Shown one piece after another: positions 1-11,818 of a stretch of 34,291 nt of DNA. The position numbers and the translations under genes were made by a program. Below the pieces are notes generated by a model, which saw only the letters and a program-made list of their open reading frames with translations, was not told the origin of the DNA and made no database searches. How positions within the stretch are numbered: the first letter of the stretch is position 1; every line of letters starts with the position of its first letter. The stretch lies in NCBI GenBank assembly GCA_002269645.1, contig NIVC01004145.1, positions 1-34,291 on the forward strand, written 5' to 3'. The DNA is from Macrostomum lignano (Eukaryota).

Positions 1-248
1 GATTGCCTCTAAATAGTTAGTGTATAAACAAAGTAAAAACATTTCTGCTCCAATTGCACTTAAACATCAAATAAAAAGCATTGCCATTGCAAGAGATTTT
101 TAAATTATATTATTTTTTTATGATAGTTTTAAATTTTATTGTATTTTTTTCGTCAGTCATTTTAGCGCGCATATGAAACTTATGCACACGAAATTCAAAA
201 GCACATTGCTTTGGAAGTGCTTTGAATGAGAATACACTAAGGCAAAGG

Positions 249-434
249 CAGTGGCGCAACCAGGTGGGGGCGGGGGGCGGTCTGGTGCCCCCAGGTCTGA
301 GACCCAAAAAATCAAAGAATCAAAGGGGGGACCAAGCGAACTTTCGCCAAAACAGAGCCACCCCGTCCGCCCCACCTCCCGGGACTTTACCCTCCAGAAT
401 CCGCCCCCTCATAAAATTTCTGGTTGCACTACTG
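249..434. mobile_element. Short hAT-like MITE (186 bp)
   Basis: 15-bp inverted termini CAGTGGCGCAACCAG (249-263) and CTGGTTGCACTACTG (420-434), 2 mismatches, around a GC-rich G/C-run interior in AT-rich DNA. CAG termini are typical of hAT MITEs. No convincing 8-bp TSD (GGCAAAGG vs AACGAAAG). Confidence 0.55.
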
Positions 435-918
435 AACGAAAGTTTCCTTACACACCCTCTCTTCAATATAAATTTATAATTATATTATATTTCAATATAA
501 AATTATAATATTAATTACATATTATAATTATAATTATAATTATAATTTTACTTACATGTATATTAATTATATAATTAAAAAAGATATTTAATTTATCTGC
601 ACTTTCTTTAAAAATTTAACCTCATAAAAATAAAATATAAGCATTAAAAGTCATGCTCAAATGTCTTTTGCTGAGCAAAACTGTCACTCTATAATGATGG
701 TATTAAATATTTACGCGTAGATGAACTTTGTTTTAGTTTTTAGTTACTCTTAAGACTAGAAAAAAAATCACCTGGGACTATATGAAGTATAACTTGTTTC
801 AACTAATTGTTTTACTTAAATGAATAAAAAATATATACACTGTAAAAGTTAGCTCATAACAGCAACAACAACAACAAATTATATGCAGCTAGCAATCAAA
901 GTCACAGAGCAGGGTGCT

Positions 919-1886
919 TCAGATGGCGCGCCGCAGAGCCTGAGAGCGGACGAAGTCCGCTCCGTTGGCAGTGTCGGGCGCCCTGGCGTCGCGTACGTAG
1001 GAGGCAGTCCACGTATCGACGGGTTTGGGCCTGACCCCGCCTGAGCGGGCCCTGCAGAGTGAGCAACAGGACGTCCTGAACAGGTTGGGGGCAGTAGCCC
1101 TCGCCCGGATCACGTACGTGGCCCGCCAGTTGAAGTCGCCGCCGGCGCAGGATGGTGGACGGGCGCTGCAGCTTGGCCCGATCGTACAGGGCCTCAGTCC
1201 CGACGCTCTCGTCAGCTCGAAAGGTCGCACGGAGCAGCCCTGAATGCGCCGAGTCCAGCTGCCGCTCTAAGCGTAGCCGTCAGTGTCCACGTCTCGGCGT
1301 TGTAGAGCACACCGCCTGCCACAGCCGACGAGCCCTCTGGCGGTCGGGCAGCGCTTCGGACTGGACGTCGGCCCGGATCGAACGGAAGGCCGCCCAGGCA
1401 AGTCCTCGGCGCCGCCCGATCGAGGTCTTCGTCCACGTGAGGCACCAGACAGCCGAGTAGGTGATCCCGCTGGTAGCGTGCGCGCGAGCGTGGTCATCTG
1501 CCCGTCTGCGAGGCGACATGTCAGGTCCGCTAGCGCTGGGATGTCGGCCGGCACAGTCAGCACCTAGGTCTTTAGCGTGTTTACAACCAGTTCCGACGCT
1601 CAATGCCACCTTGACCAACCTGTCGATCTGGCGGGATGCCACCTTGAACGGATGAGGACAGGAGGGCGAGTTCGTCGGCGTAGCCAAGCAAATAATAATA
1701 AGGCGCTTTTCGCCGTGGCGGCGACCGATGCGTCTGCGCAGCGCAGGAAGCCGTCGTTAGCCGAGGAGACTGCGGTCCGAAGCACCCAGTGGCAGCAGCA
1801 CGAAGAGAAACGGCGCCAAAGTGTCGCCATGCAGAACTCCTGATGAAGTGTCGAACTGATGATGATTTACATGTATGTAATCGCCC

Positions 1887-1943
<57 letters not shown>

Positions 1944-2730
1944 ACCGTCTTCTCATGGGGGAAGGATCAGATCGTATGACTATATGGATGGCTGCCAGCC
2001 GTCTATGACCAGACTATGACCGACAGATCGCCCTTCAGGTTGTCCCGCCCATGCATATTGATAACTTTTTGGTAGTGCTATATTTAGAGATGGGGTAAGG
2101 ACCCAAATGTGCCCCATCGATAGCTATAAGGTGCAAATATTGATCATCGGGTTATTGCATGACCCACTGGCTGCGGCCGGAGCCCCGCCTGGGATGGGTA
2201 TCAAAGGGTTGGAGCTTAATTAGCGGCGAGCAGCATGCAGCCGAATAGCTAATAGGAATCTGCTTGGGCACAAATCGAGAACTCCGGGATCATACAGACG
2301 GATTTTTATAAGGGGATCTTTTAAGGCTGTGATGACATACGGTTCAGATTGCAAAAAGTACATGTAGTGTATAGAGAACACGTAGAACAGCTATACGTGT
2401 ACATCTAGTTTGGATTGATCAATGGGTTCGGGCCTGGCTCCTCATATGAAAGGTAATTTCCTCTCCACATGGAGCACCAGACCGCTGATGTGATGAACCA
2501 CTGCTGGCAGCGTGCGTCTGCGTCGTGGCATGTCAGGTCCGCTGATACGTCAGCAGACACAGTCAGCATCTCGGTCTTCAATATGCTGTCAACGCTTGAA
2601 CCCACCTCTTTCTGTGCTTTCAACAGACGAGAAAAAGAGGCTGAGGTCGCCAGCGTTGCCAAACAAGCTCAGGTGTTTTTTGCCGCTGTGGCGAACGATG
2701 CGTCTCCACAACAGATAAAAAAGCAGGAAG
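919..2730 (+). pseudogene. Decayed GC-rich coding-like segment of unknown family, partly present as two diverged copies (1433-1750 and 2465-2730)
   Basis: The copies align in one + frame (HVRHQTAE / MEHQTAD; HVRSA..SAGTVS / HVRSA..SADTVS; ALFAVAATDAS / VFFAAVANDAS) with synonymous third-position differences (tcg/tca, gcc/gca, ttt/ttc, cag/caa). Copy 1 has in-frame stops. No family motif recognised. Confidence 0.35.
1890..1939. repeat. (TA)25 microsatellite
   Basis: Perfect TA run read directly. Confidence 0.97.
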
Positions 2731-2736
2731 AAATCT

Positions 2737-3878
2737 CTCCATTTCAGCATTCGAGGTGTGCCACGAAGCTCACAGATGTTCAATTGAAAATATATTTTTT
2801 GTGTAAGGTCTACTCAGATGTTATATTGCAAAAATGCTTTAAGTTTAATTTTAAAAAGATTTTCCTTACTGTAGTATGCATTTGATTTTTTTGTACAGTC
2901 ACCATCTACGTCGTAAATTCTAAAGAAAATTCACTCCATTTCAGCATTCGAGGTGTGCCACGAAGCTCACAGATGTTCAATTGAAAATATATTTTTTGTG
3001 TAAGGTCTACTCAGATGTTATATTGCAAAAATGCTTTAAGTTTAATTTTAAAAAGATTTTCCTTGCTGTAGTATGCATTTGATTTTTTTGTACAGTCACC
3101 ATCTACGTCGTAAATTCTAAAGAAAATTCACTCCATTTCAGCATTCGAGGTGTGCCACGAAGCTCACAGATGTTCAATTGAAAATATATTTTTGGTGTAA
3201 GGTCTACTCAGATGTTATATTGCAAAAATGCTTTTAGTTTAATTTTAAAAAGATTTTCCTTGCTGTAGTATGCATTTGATTTTTTTGTACAGTCACCATC
3301 TACGTCGTAAATTCTAAAGAAAATTCACTCCATTTCAGCATTCGAGGTGTGCCACGAAGCTCACAGATGTTCAATTGAAAATATATTTTTTGTGTAAGGT
3401 CTACTCAGATGTTATATTGCAAAAATGCTTTTAGTTTAATTTTAAAAAGATTTTCCTTGCTGTAGTATGCATTTGATTTTTTTGTACAGTCACCATCTAC
3501 GTCGTAAATTCTAAAGAAAATTCACTCCATTTCAGCATTCGAGGTGTGCCACGAAGCTCACAGATGTTCAATTGAAAATATATTTTTTGTGTAAGGTCTA
3601 CTCAGATGTTATATTGCAAAAATGCTTTTAGTTTAATTTTAAAAAGATTTTCCTTGCTGTAGTATGCATTTGATTTTTTTGTACAGTCACCATCTACGTC
3701 GTAAATTCTAAAGAAAATTCACTCCATTTCAGCATTCGAGGTGTGCCACGAAGCTCACAGATGTTCAATTGAAAAGATATTTTTTGTGTAAAGTCTACTC
3801 AGATGTTATATTGCAAAAATGCTTTTAGTTGAATTTTAAAAAGATTTTCCTTACTGTAGTATGCATTTGATTTTTTGT
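2737..3878. repeat. 197-bp tandem repeat, about 5.8 near-identical copies
   Basis: CTCCATTTCAGCATTCGAGG recurs at 2737, 2934, 3131, 3328, 3525 and 3722 (period 197), with few substitutions. Confidence 0.97.
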
Positions 3879-5485
3879 TTATTTATTTTCGTGGAACTGA
3901 ACGTGGAACTAAAAATCCGGTCATTAAATTGAGAGTCAGCCTTTTGACAGGGCTTACTTATTTTAATCATCTAAACATTTATGGATATTAAATAAACAAA
4001 TAATTACCATGCGGTGAGGGTTTTATTGTATATTTTAGCTGTAAATGAACTTTTAGAAGCTATTTATAACATATAAAATTTATCAATTACCGAGAGCGTT
4101 TTGAAATAAAAGTTCTTTTATTTTATATTTTCGAGGAACGGGACACTTTAAATTCCTACTACGGATCTAGAATTTCGTTAATCAAGGTAGTCAAAGGCCT
4201 AGTCTTCGAACTTGAAGACGCTTGAGCTTGAGCATGCTCGGCCTTCTTATCCCTATTGATCTAATTAATCCGATTATTGATTTGAGCACTAATCCAAACT
4301 AAGGACTACTTCAGTAGAAGGACGGGAAACTACGTTTCTTGGAAATATAGGAAGCAGGTTTTAACTAAAAATGCATTAAACTAAAGTAACTAGACAATGG
4401 AGGTTTTCATTTTTTATTTCATTTAAAAGTGGGAATGCAGAATGATATAGCTTGAAAGCTTTGTCTTTGACATTAAGTCTATTAGTCAGGTTGTAGAATT
4501 AGTCAGTTTTCAGTCAGTGTAGAGAGGAGCAGATGCATTAGACATAACTCAAACAACTCATTTACTTACCAGGGTAATGGATGCCAAAAACTGTGCCTTT
4601 TTAAGAACCAGTTAATAGTTTTAAAAACTGGTTTGCTCATCATTTTTTTTTAAAGAACAAAATATGCATAGAACTTATATACTATTATATATTTGCCTTA
4701 TTTTTAATGTTTATCTGTTGCTGCCTAAAGCATGTTATTTTTCTTAACAACTATCTAACTAATTAATAATAATGTTGTCAGTTTTGCAAATAATGTGATT
4801 AAATGAACTTTTATTACTTTATAATAATAATCAGTTTGTGTGTAGGCCTAAATTGTCCTGCATAGACATTTTTTTGCATTTGAAGTTTTTTTAGGCTAGG
4901 CCGAATGACAATAGAAAAATTAGCATTTTTTACTACTTTGCAAGAGAACAAAACTTTGTTTTATTTTTTTACTTTTGTTTTATTTTTTCTTGTTTTATTA
5001 TCCAAAATGGCATATAAACAAGAGGAAACAATGGTCTCCTTGCTAGATCTTTCTACAACCCTAATAACAGTACTAATGGTTTAGATAAATGGCAAGAATA
5101 AATACCTTTTCATCTAATTAGTAATAATTAGATGGGCATTTTTGCGATTATAGAGAAAAAAGCCTAAAAACTAGAGAATATTTAATTGGAGTTAAATTGA
5201 AGCAGTAAGTGGGCGCTAGGCCCAAACTGATATATTTATACTAGACAAACTTTGGGGGTTAAGCCCATAATAATGAGAGGGGTGGAGTGTGCGACTGAAG
5301 AGAAAGGTGAGAATGGAGAGCCAATCAGAAGGCAGTAAGGGAAAAAGATAGGAATAACAAGATTGAGCTAGACAGAGAGAGAAAACAGAATAAACAGAGA
5401 AAAATGAAGGTGAACTAAAAAATGACTAGGAACGTTGCAACAACAACTTAACAGTAAGAATACCAAGCCATTTTTCTGCGCATCA

Positions 5486-6090
5486 AACTACCAAGAGGGG
5501 GGGAAACCCCCCCCCTGACAATTTTTTTTGTCAGAGAAATTTGCATCAGGGTATCCATAGTCACTTGGTGTCATCTGTGACTTGGTGACAGTGTCGGGAT
5601 GATGATAGAATGCTTAAGAGACTAGTTGAGAATGTCTAGCAGTTGAGGCTTGCCCACTGTCAAGGCTTGATTGGTGAAACTCGAGAAATTTGCATCAAGG
5701 TGTTCATAGTCACCTGGTGCCACCTGTTGAAGGTCTAGAAGCTCTGTCTCAGTGAAGGCCAGTAACCAACAAAGTTAGAACTAATGCAGACAGGTGTTCG
5801 ACATGTTGATGAAATTTGGAGGCTTGGCAAGGCTGCACTGAGGCGCAGTGCTAATTGGTACATAGGGGTGTATTGAATACACTGGCGCTTATAGGAAAGA
5901 TCCGACCTTTCGGCAGAATTGTCAAATATCTCGATGGTCCAAAGGGCTAGGGACTGGATTCTTGTTTGAGAAGGTGTGCAACAAAAAGTTAGCCTGTGTT
6001 CTTGAATTTCGTGTGCCTGCGTTGCTCTATTCCAGCATAGCAAAAAAATTGTTAGGGGGTAGGAAAATTCCCCCCCCCCTCTTGGTAGTT
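5486..6090. mobile_element. Non-autonomous TIR element (605 bp, MITE-like)
   Basis: Imperfect ~45-50-bp inverted termini AACTACCAAGAGGGGGGG...ACAATTTTTTTTG (5486-5530) and its reverse complement (6041-6090). Internal direct repeat GAGAAATTTGCATCA.GGT.T.CATAGTCAC near 5535 and 5683. Abuts the broken end of the decayed mariner. No TSD found. Confidence 0.7.
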
Positions 6091-7098
6091 CTACTGTTAA
6101 TCTGAGCTTCTTCAGAGACAAGATGTAATGCTCTACATTGACAGTTGTGTTTGGCTCTAGAAAGTTGATAGTCAGAAGGCCATGGCAATCAAAAAAGCAG
6201 CAGCATCAGCTTCTGGCAATGAACTTCTTGATAAGCCTTGCTTGGAAGGTCGGAACCCCTTATTGCCCAGACCTTTGACTCTTCTTTTGTTGGGGGGTCA
6301 AAGTGAGGCAGCCAGGTTTCATCACCTGTGACAATGAGCTGTCAAAAGGCCTCCTACCTGCCTCGCTCTTTGAGAAACCTGAGATTGCTCTTGTACATGT
6401 TCTGTTGCTGTGCTTTTATCTCCAGTGTGAGAAGCCTCGAAACCCACCTGGCACTGAGCTTGATGAGATCTATGCTGCAGATGCAATGATAAACTATGGA
6501 CTTTGGCATATCTAGTCTGTTAACAATTTCCCTGATGGTAAGGCAAGCATCATCTTCAAACAGATCCAAAATTTGATTGCTCAAAGTCTTGGATGTGGAC
6601 ATCCTTGGCTGACCACATTTTGGCCATGCCGTCACATTGGTTCAACCAGCCTCAAACTCTTCAATCTACCAGTAAATCGTGCTCTTGATCACTGTGTGCT
6701 ATTTATGGATATACTGCAGTTTACTTAAAATCTCCAATCCATTGTGTCCAAGGCTCCATAGAGTAAAAATGGCATGGTACTACCCCTTTTTTGAGTGGAT
6801 GTCCAACATGTTGGCACAAACTTTGTTGCTTCAGAAGCGCAAGTTGACAAGATGTCTGGCTTAGCTGTGCCATCCATGTAAAGCTTAGTATCAGCTGGCT
6901 TTAATGATACTGCATATGTTCATAGTTTTGGTATTCAGCCCATAGACATGCGTTACTATATCTTATCTTATTAACATAATTCAAAATATATTGCATAGAT
7001 AGATAAAGCCACTTTAATGAAATGTCAATGTCATTTATGTATCTGACTCTAGCTATGAACTATGTTGAAAAGTCCCACTACTTTTTGGACACCCCTTG
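6091..7098 (-). mobile_element. Decayed, 3'-truncated mariner (Tc1/mariner) element; transposase pseudogene 6809 down to 6091
   Basis: TIR reading TA-CAAGGGGTGTCCAAAAAGTAG on the minus strand (TA at 7099-7100). The frame from ATG 6809 gives an HTH (STIYW*IEEFEAG*TNV), SARWVSRLLT and LIVTGDETWLPHFDP, with at least 6 in-frame stops and a later frameshift. The catalytic C-terminal half is missing. Confidence 0.85.
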
Positions 7099-7454
7099 TA
7101 AATCAGTTTTTTGGTCAAAAGGATCATAGTCCTAATGTAAATTTCCCATAAAGAAACCCAAAATATTTCTTTCATAAAAAATAGAATAATTTTTTTATTC
7201 CTCAACCAAATTTAACAAATGAGGCCATTTTAGACTTCTGTCACTTAGATCTATCTAGCTAAGAAATAAAAATTATAGAAATATAAAATTTCAAGATCTC
7301 ACTGGAGTCCCTAGATATAGCATTCTTGTTTTCATATAAAATATTAATACAAATTACATGAATAATTGCAAACTAATTGGACTTAGGAATGAAAGGAAAT
7401 ATATTGAAATCTAGGCTGAAGTCTTAGATTGTAGATAAAACAGGTGCCTAATAG

Positions 7455-7635
7455 TTCCCACTATTTAGTAGGCTTGCTTTAGCATGCCTAGCTCTACTAC
7501 CTAGTAACAATGATAGTAAACAAGCATTCTTAGACTTGGTAAACATCCTGACAAATAAGCGCAATTGCCTGTCAGGTGATATGATCAGAGCAGCCTTGCA
7601 AGTAAAGTACAACCTCAAATCAGCAATAAAGCTTA
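7455..7635 (+). pseudogene. hAT transposase C-terminal dimerisation-domain remnant
   Basis: Reads FPLFSRLALACLALLPSNNDSKQAFLDLVNILTNKRNCLSGDMIRAALQVKYNL, matching the hAT dimerisation pattern (FP.L...A...L..P.SN...ER.FS......T.KRN.L). Flanked by stops and CpG-depleted. Confidence 0.6.
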
Positions 7636-8647
7636 AGCTATGGCTTCAATTTTAGCAAATCACTTATTGTTGTTGCATGAACTGCGTCCCAACATTATAG
7701 GCAAAGAGAATGCAAATGGCATGCTTTAGAAGCAGAGGCAAATATTAAGAAGAGGTGAGAATTAGAGAAGGCCTAGCATCAATGCCTGCAAGCAGAGATT
7801 TGGAAGGCCAAAGAGCAGCAGCAGAAGAAAAAGAACTGAGTAAACAAGAGGCTACTGCCACTGCTATGCTGCAGGTGTATCAAGAAGCAACGAAAAACAT
7901 TCAACAGCTATGCAAGGGTCTTGCTGCCAGTGCTAAGAAGCAAAAGTAACTTTGTGTAACTTTGTGAACATGTGAGACTGTCACACTAGACACCATCCCA
8001 GACAGCTACCCATCCTTTCCTGCCTAGAGTTAGGCAAGGCCATTTAATATTCAAGCAATTTAATTTATAAGTTTCATTTCATATTTTTATTTCTATTTTA
8101 AAGTTTTATATTTTTCTCATAATTGTAGGTTTCTTGTCTATCCTTGTTGAAATTTTCAATCTTCTACAAAATCTTGTAATAAAATCTGCCATTGTACTTT
8201 TTTAAAATGCTTAATTAGGCTTCAATTCAATTAGGCTATTCAGTCAATATTGTAATCGTATGTACTTAACTCTTTCTTTGGCTAGACTAAAATAGTCTGA
8301 AGTTCAAAAACCTTAAATGTATTCATATCCATCATTAAAATATAATTTATATGAAATATAATCTACCAAAATTCTGAAAATGGGTTAGGTGCAAGTGCCA
8401 TGCCACAAGTTCTTAACATGTTATCTCAAATAAATTAGAACTTTTTTAGGAAAAAATCTAGAAATATTCAGGCAAAGACTGCCAAGATACATTGCTCAGC
8501 TAATAAAAAAGCCCCAAAACATCCAGTTTCAAAGCAAGAAATTTTGGAGGAAATTTTTTCTTGCAGAGGAAACTTTACAGTTAATACCAAGTGGCAACAC
8601 TATCCCCAAATCATTGCTCCTTAGTGACAAGAGAGACAAGCAAAATA

Positions 8648-9978
8648 CAAGGGGTGCGCAAAAAGTTTTGGCAACTGGGTTCCCAATTGCAGATAAATTG
8701 TTAGTAAATCTTAAAACGTTATTAAAGTCCTTCAATGTAATCTCCGCCACGTTCTATGCATTTCTGGTGACGGCGGATCCATGCCTCGAAGGCAGCGCGG
8801 TACTCTGAAGCTGGCATGGTGTTCAGCTCTGAATTAATGCGGCGAGCCAGGTCTTGGGGCCGCTGAAAATGGCATCCAGCCATGCATTCGGTCAGCTTTG
8901 GGAATGCCCAGAAGTCACAGGGTGCCAAATCAGGACTGTACGGAGGGTGCGGTATCACTTTGAGCTTGTTATTGGCCAAAAAGCTTGTTGTCATGGCCGC
9001 AGTGTGGCTGGAGGCATTGTCGTGGTGCAAGTGAATTCTGCCACTTTGGAGGCAGGTTGGCTGCTTTTCCATGACTGAAGCCACGACTTTAGGCAAAACC
9101 TTGCCAGTATAGAACGTGGCATTGACGTTCTGTCCATTTGGCACCATAACAACTGTCTCTGGCCCATTGATGCTGAAAAAGACGACGAACATCTGCTTCC
9201 TTGAGTGAAACCCTGGGCGCAGAACAGTTGGACGGTCTTCATCGGAACCAATCCAAACCTTGTTTTGGTTCTTGTGAGGCACTTGGAAGTAGTAGAACCA
9301 CTTCTCATCGCCAGTCACGACATCAGTAAGTCGTTTAGTGCCACCTTCGCCGAAGCATCGCAGAAATTCTTGGCTGCATCGAACCCTCTCCTGCTTCTGC
9401 TCTGCTGTCAGTGCATGAGGTACCCAAGGGGCCGTGACCTTGCGGAAGCCAAGATGGTCATGCAAGATGGTTCGGACACTGCCATCAGAAATGCCGATTG
9501 TCTGGCTAAGTAGTGCAACAGTGATATTGCGATCTTCGTCCACCAGCTGTCACATAGCAACAATGTTCTGCTCGGTCACGGATGTCATTGGCCTCCCAGA
9601 ACAAGGGCTGTCGGTCATGGAGCGTCAACCAGCACTGACCAATTCAATCCAACGGGCGACGGTGCGGTACGAAGGGGCTTGATCTGCTACAACTTGGACT
9701 AGCTCGGCATGAATTTTGGTGGCATTTTCTCCAAGCTGCGATCGCATGAAAACATAAAATCTCCACTGATCAGCAGTGATATTTTCCATTTGAAGGCTGA
9801 AAACGAGACTGTTCGTTAATCAAAATGCTCTAGGAAGCGAAAGAATCAATGCAATGAGCTGAAAACTTATGGACAAACGCAAAATATGGTCATATTTATG
9901 AGATTAAAAAATGGCTACGTTTAAACGTTTATTTAAAAAGTTATGAGCCAGTTGCCAAGACTTTTTGCGCACCCCTCG
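8648..9978 (-). mobile_element. Full-length mariner DNA transposon (1331 bp, D,D34D)
   Basis: 31-bp TIRs at 8648-8678 and 9948-9978 (2 mismatches), with TA duplications at 8646-8647 and 9979-9980. Contains the transposase described next. Confidence 0.97.
8722..9789 (-). pseudogene. Mariner transposase, 355 codons, inactivated by two in-frame TGA stops
   Basis: ATG at 9789 in frame with ORF 8722-9543. HTH (APSYRTVARW), WVPHALT, VTGDEKW, HDNASSH and YSPDLAPCDF with 34 residues between the 2nd and 3rd Asp. TGA at 9625-9627 and 9550-9552, at positions where Arg (CGA) is plausible. Confidence 0.93.
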
Positions 9979-9989
9979 TAGCTACATTA

Positions 9990-11818
9990 CAGAAAAAAGG
10001 ACAAAACATCACATAGACACCTCAACAAATAATGCATTGGAACCCCTGAACTTCAATTCTGTTAGCATAGCTACTGCAAATCAGATGACCATAGAAGCAG
10101 CAGTAGCAAGACACTCTAGACAAATAGGCCAGCTATGACCAGTCTATAGAGCAGTGCCACTATTGCCATCTCCAATGTCTTGCAAGTTGCAGCTAGGTTC
10201 TGGTCGATTAGGGCCTGGCATATGGGCAACAGAGCCAGAACTGCTGCTGCTAGGGCCTGGCTGGTCACCTTCAGGCTGGTGGTCACCATCTAGCTAGTCA
10301 CCATCCAACTGATCACCATCAAGCTAGTGATCAATTTCTGGCTAATTATCATCAGGCTAGTGGTCACCATCTGGCTGGTCACCATTAGGCTAGTGATCAC
10401 CATCTAGCTAGTCACTAGCAGGTGGGTAATCACTCTCCAGCTGGTCAATGTCCAGTTGGTTATTGGCAGCAAGATGGTCAGGTGGTCAGGCTAAAGTGCA
10501 GCAAGCAAAAAATGGATTGCCACTTGAGCCAGTCTATGCAACACCTTGATGGGGATGATTTGCTTACTACTTAGCAGTTTGTACACCCAACATATTCCAA
10601 TATTCTTCATGATAAATGGCACCTTTTGCATTCAACAGATCACCTGGCCAAGCAGCAGCCTTGACATGTTGGCAAAGTAGGTTGAGCACATGCTATGAGT
10701 GAGTGATAGGTATTGGTTGATAATGAAGTCCCAGAGGTTGGGATGTGCACTCTTAACAAATGTCCTCTAGCAGTTGTGGTACAATTCCTGCTTGCTATTT
10801 GTCCTTTCATCGCAATTGTGCACAGAGATTATATCTATGCCTATCTTCTATAGCTAGAATATCTAGACATACTTGTGAGTACAGTTCAGCTGCTATAGCT
10901 TCTGTGCCAAAATGGAGGTGTTGAATATACATTATTTGGGTGCAAAATTGCATGGACTGGAGCAATCATTGCTGCTAGCAGCAGAGGAAGACATGTTAGA
11001 AGCCGAGAGTAGTTTGGGATTTCAGCATGGTGAGAAACATCTGACTAGAGACCCAGTTTCTTCAGCTTAGCCAATAGCCAGGATAGCCTTAGCAACTTGG
11101 AACTAGTAGCCATGGATGCTAGCTTCCTGATGAAACTCTAAGGAGGTCTTGTAAATAGCTAATTCCAAATCAGCCATTAGGCTGGCAGGCTAGAAGCATA
11201 ATCATATGTTGTTGAGCTTTGTCCACACCATATAATAGGTATCTTTCAATTTCTCTATTAATTGTGCAAAAAATGGAAAGAAGTAGCTACATTTGGTGAT
11301 GCCAATGGTAAAAAGTTGATAAAAAAAGCCTTGGTGTCACATAAAAAGTTCCATTAGCAAAAACTTAGTCAGCACTTTCCAGTTTATGTAGCAGGATAAG
11401 ATTGGCAAAAAAGATTGCTACCTGTCCATTGGCTTGCATGCTGCCTTGGTATACCTTGCTAGGTACACTGTCAGCATCATAGTATTGCAAAGTGTTGTCA
11501 CCATTCAGCATCTGGATAGCAACTTTAATAGAATTAGGAATTCTGGGCTGAATGGTGCATCTAGCATAGTGTGTTCTGCTCAACCTGTGGGAAAGCCATA
11601 GTATCTTGTGCTGGATCCCTGCTTAATACAAGGTCAAACACAGTTCAAAGATGCTTGGATGGCTGATTCACAATAGCCTTACTGAGCTCTTACTTCAATG
11701 TGAGGACTCAAAGCTGTTCTTCACTCTGAGGAGCATGGTTGTAGATACTATTAGTGCTTAGAATGTTGCCATTAAGCACTGCATTGGCATTGCAAGTCAT
11801 AGTGCAACATTTGAAGTA
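9990..11818 (-). pseudogene. Mutator-like (MULE) transposase pseudogene, main part: FLYWCH second half, DDE core, acidic DQPDGDH repeats, C-terminal RING remnant
   Basis: Minus-strand translation through stops gives YFKCCTMTCNANAV...YNHAP; VFANGTFYVTPRLFYQLFTI (11320-11365); MADLELAI; HGY*FQVAKA (CxxH region, ~11100); RTNSKQELYHN..HPNLWDF (10725-10810); (D/H)QPDGD repeats (10255-10450); PICLE..YGHLICSSYA..CIIC* (10020-10130). Many stops and frameshifts. Confidence 0.85.

Noticed and set aside
919-1230. AGGDFNW in the minus-strand ORF suggesting a LINE AP-endonuclease
   Set aside because: No other APE motifs at sensible spacing, and codon-position evidence from the duplicated neighbour favours the + strand.
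1838-1862. CCTGATGAAGTGTCGAAC before (TA)n as a third hammerhead
   Set aside because: No stem II, GAAC instead of GAAA, and no stem I complement.
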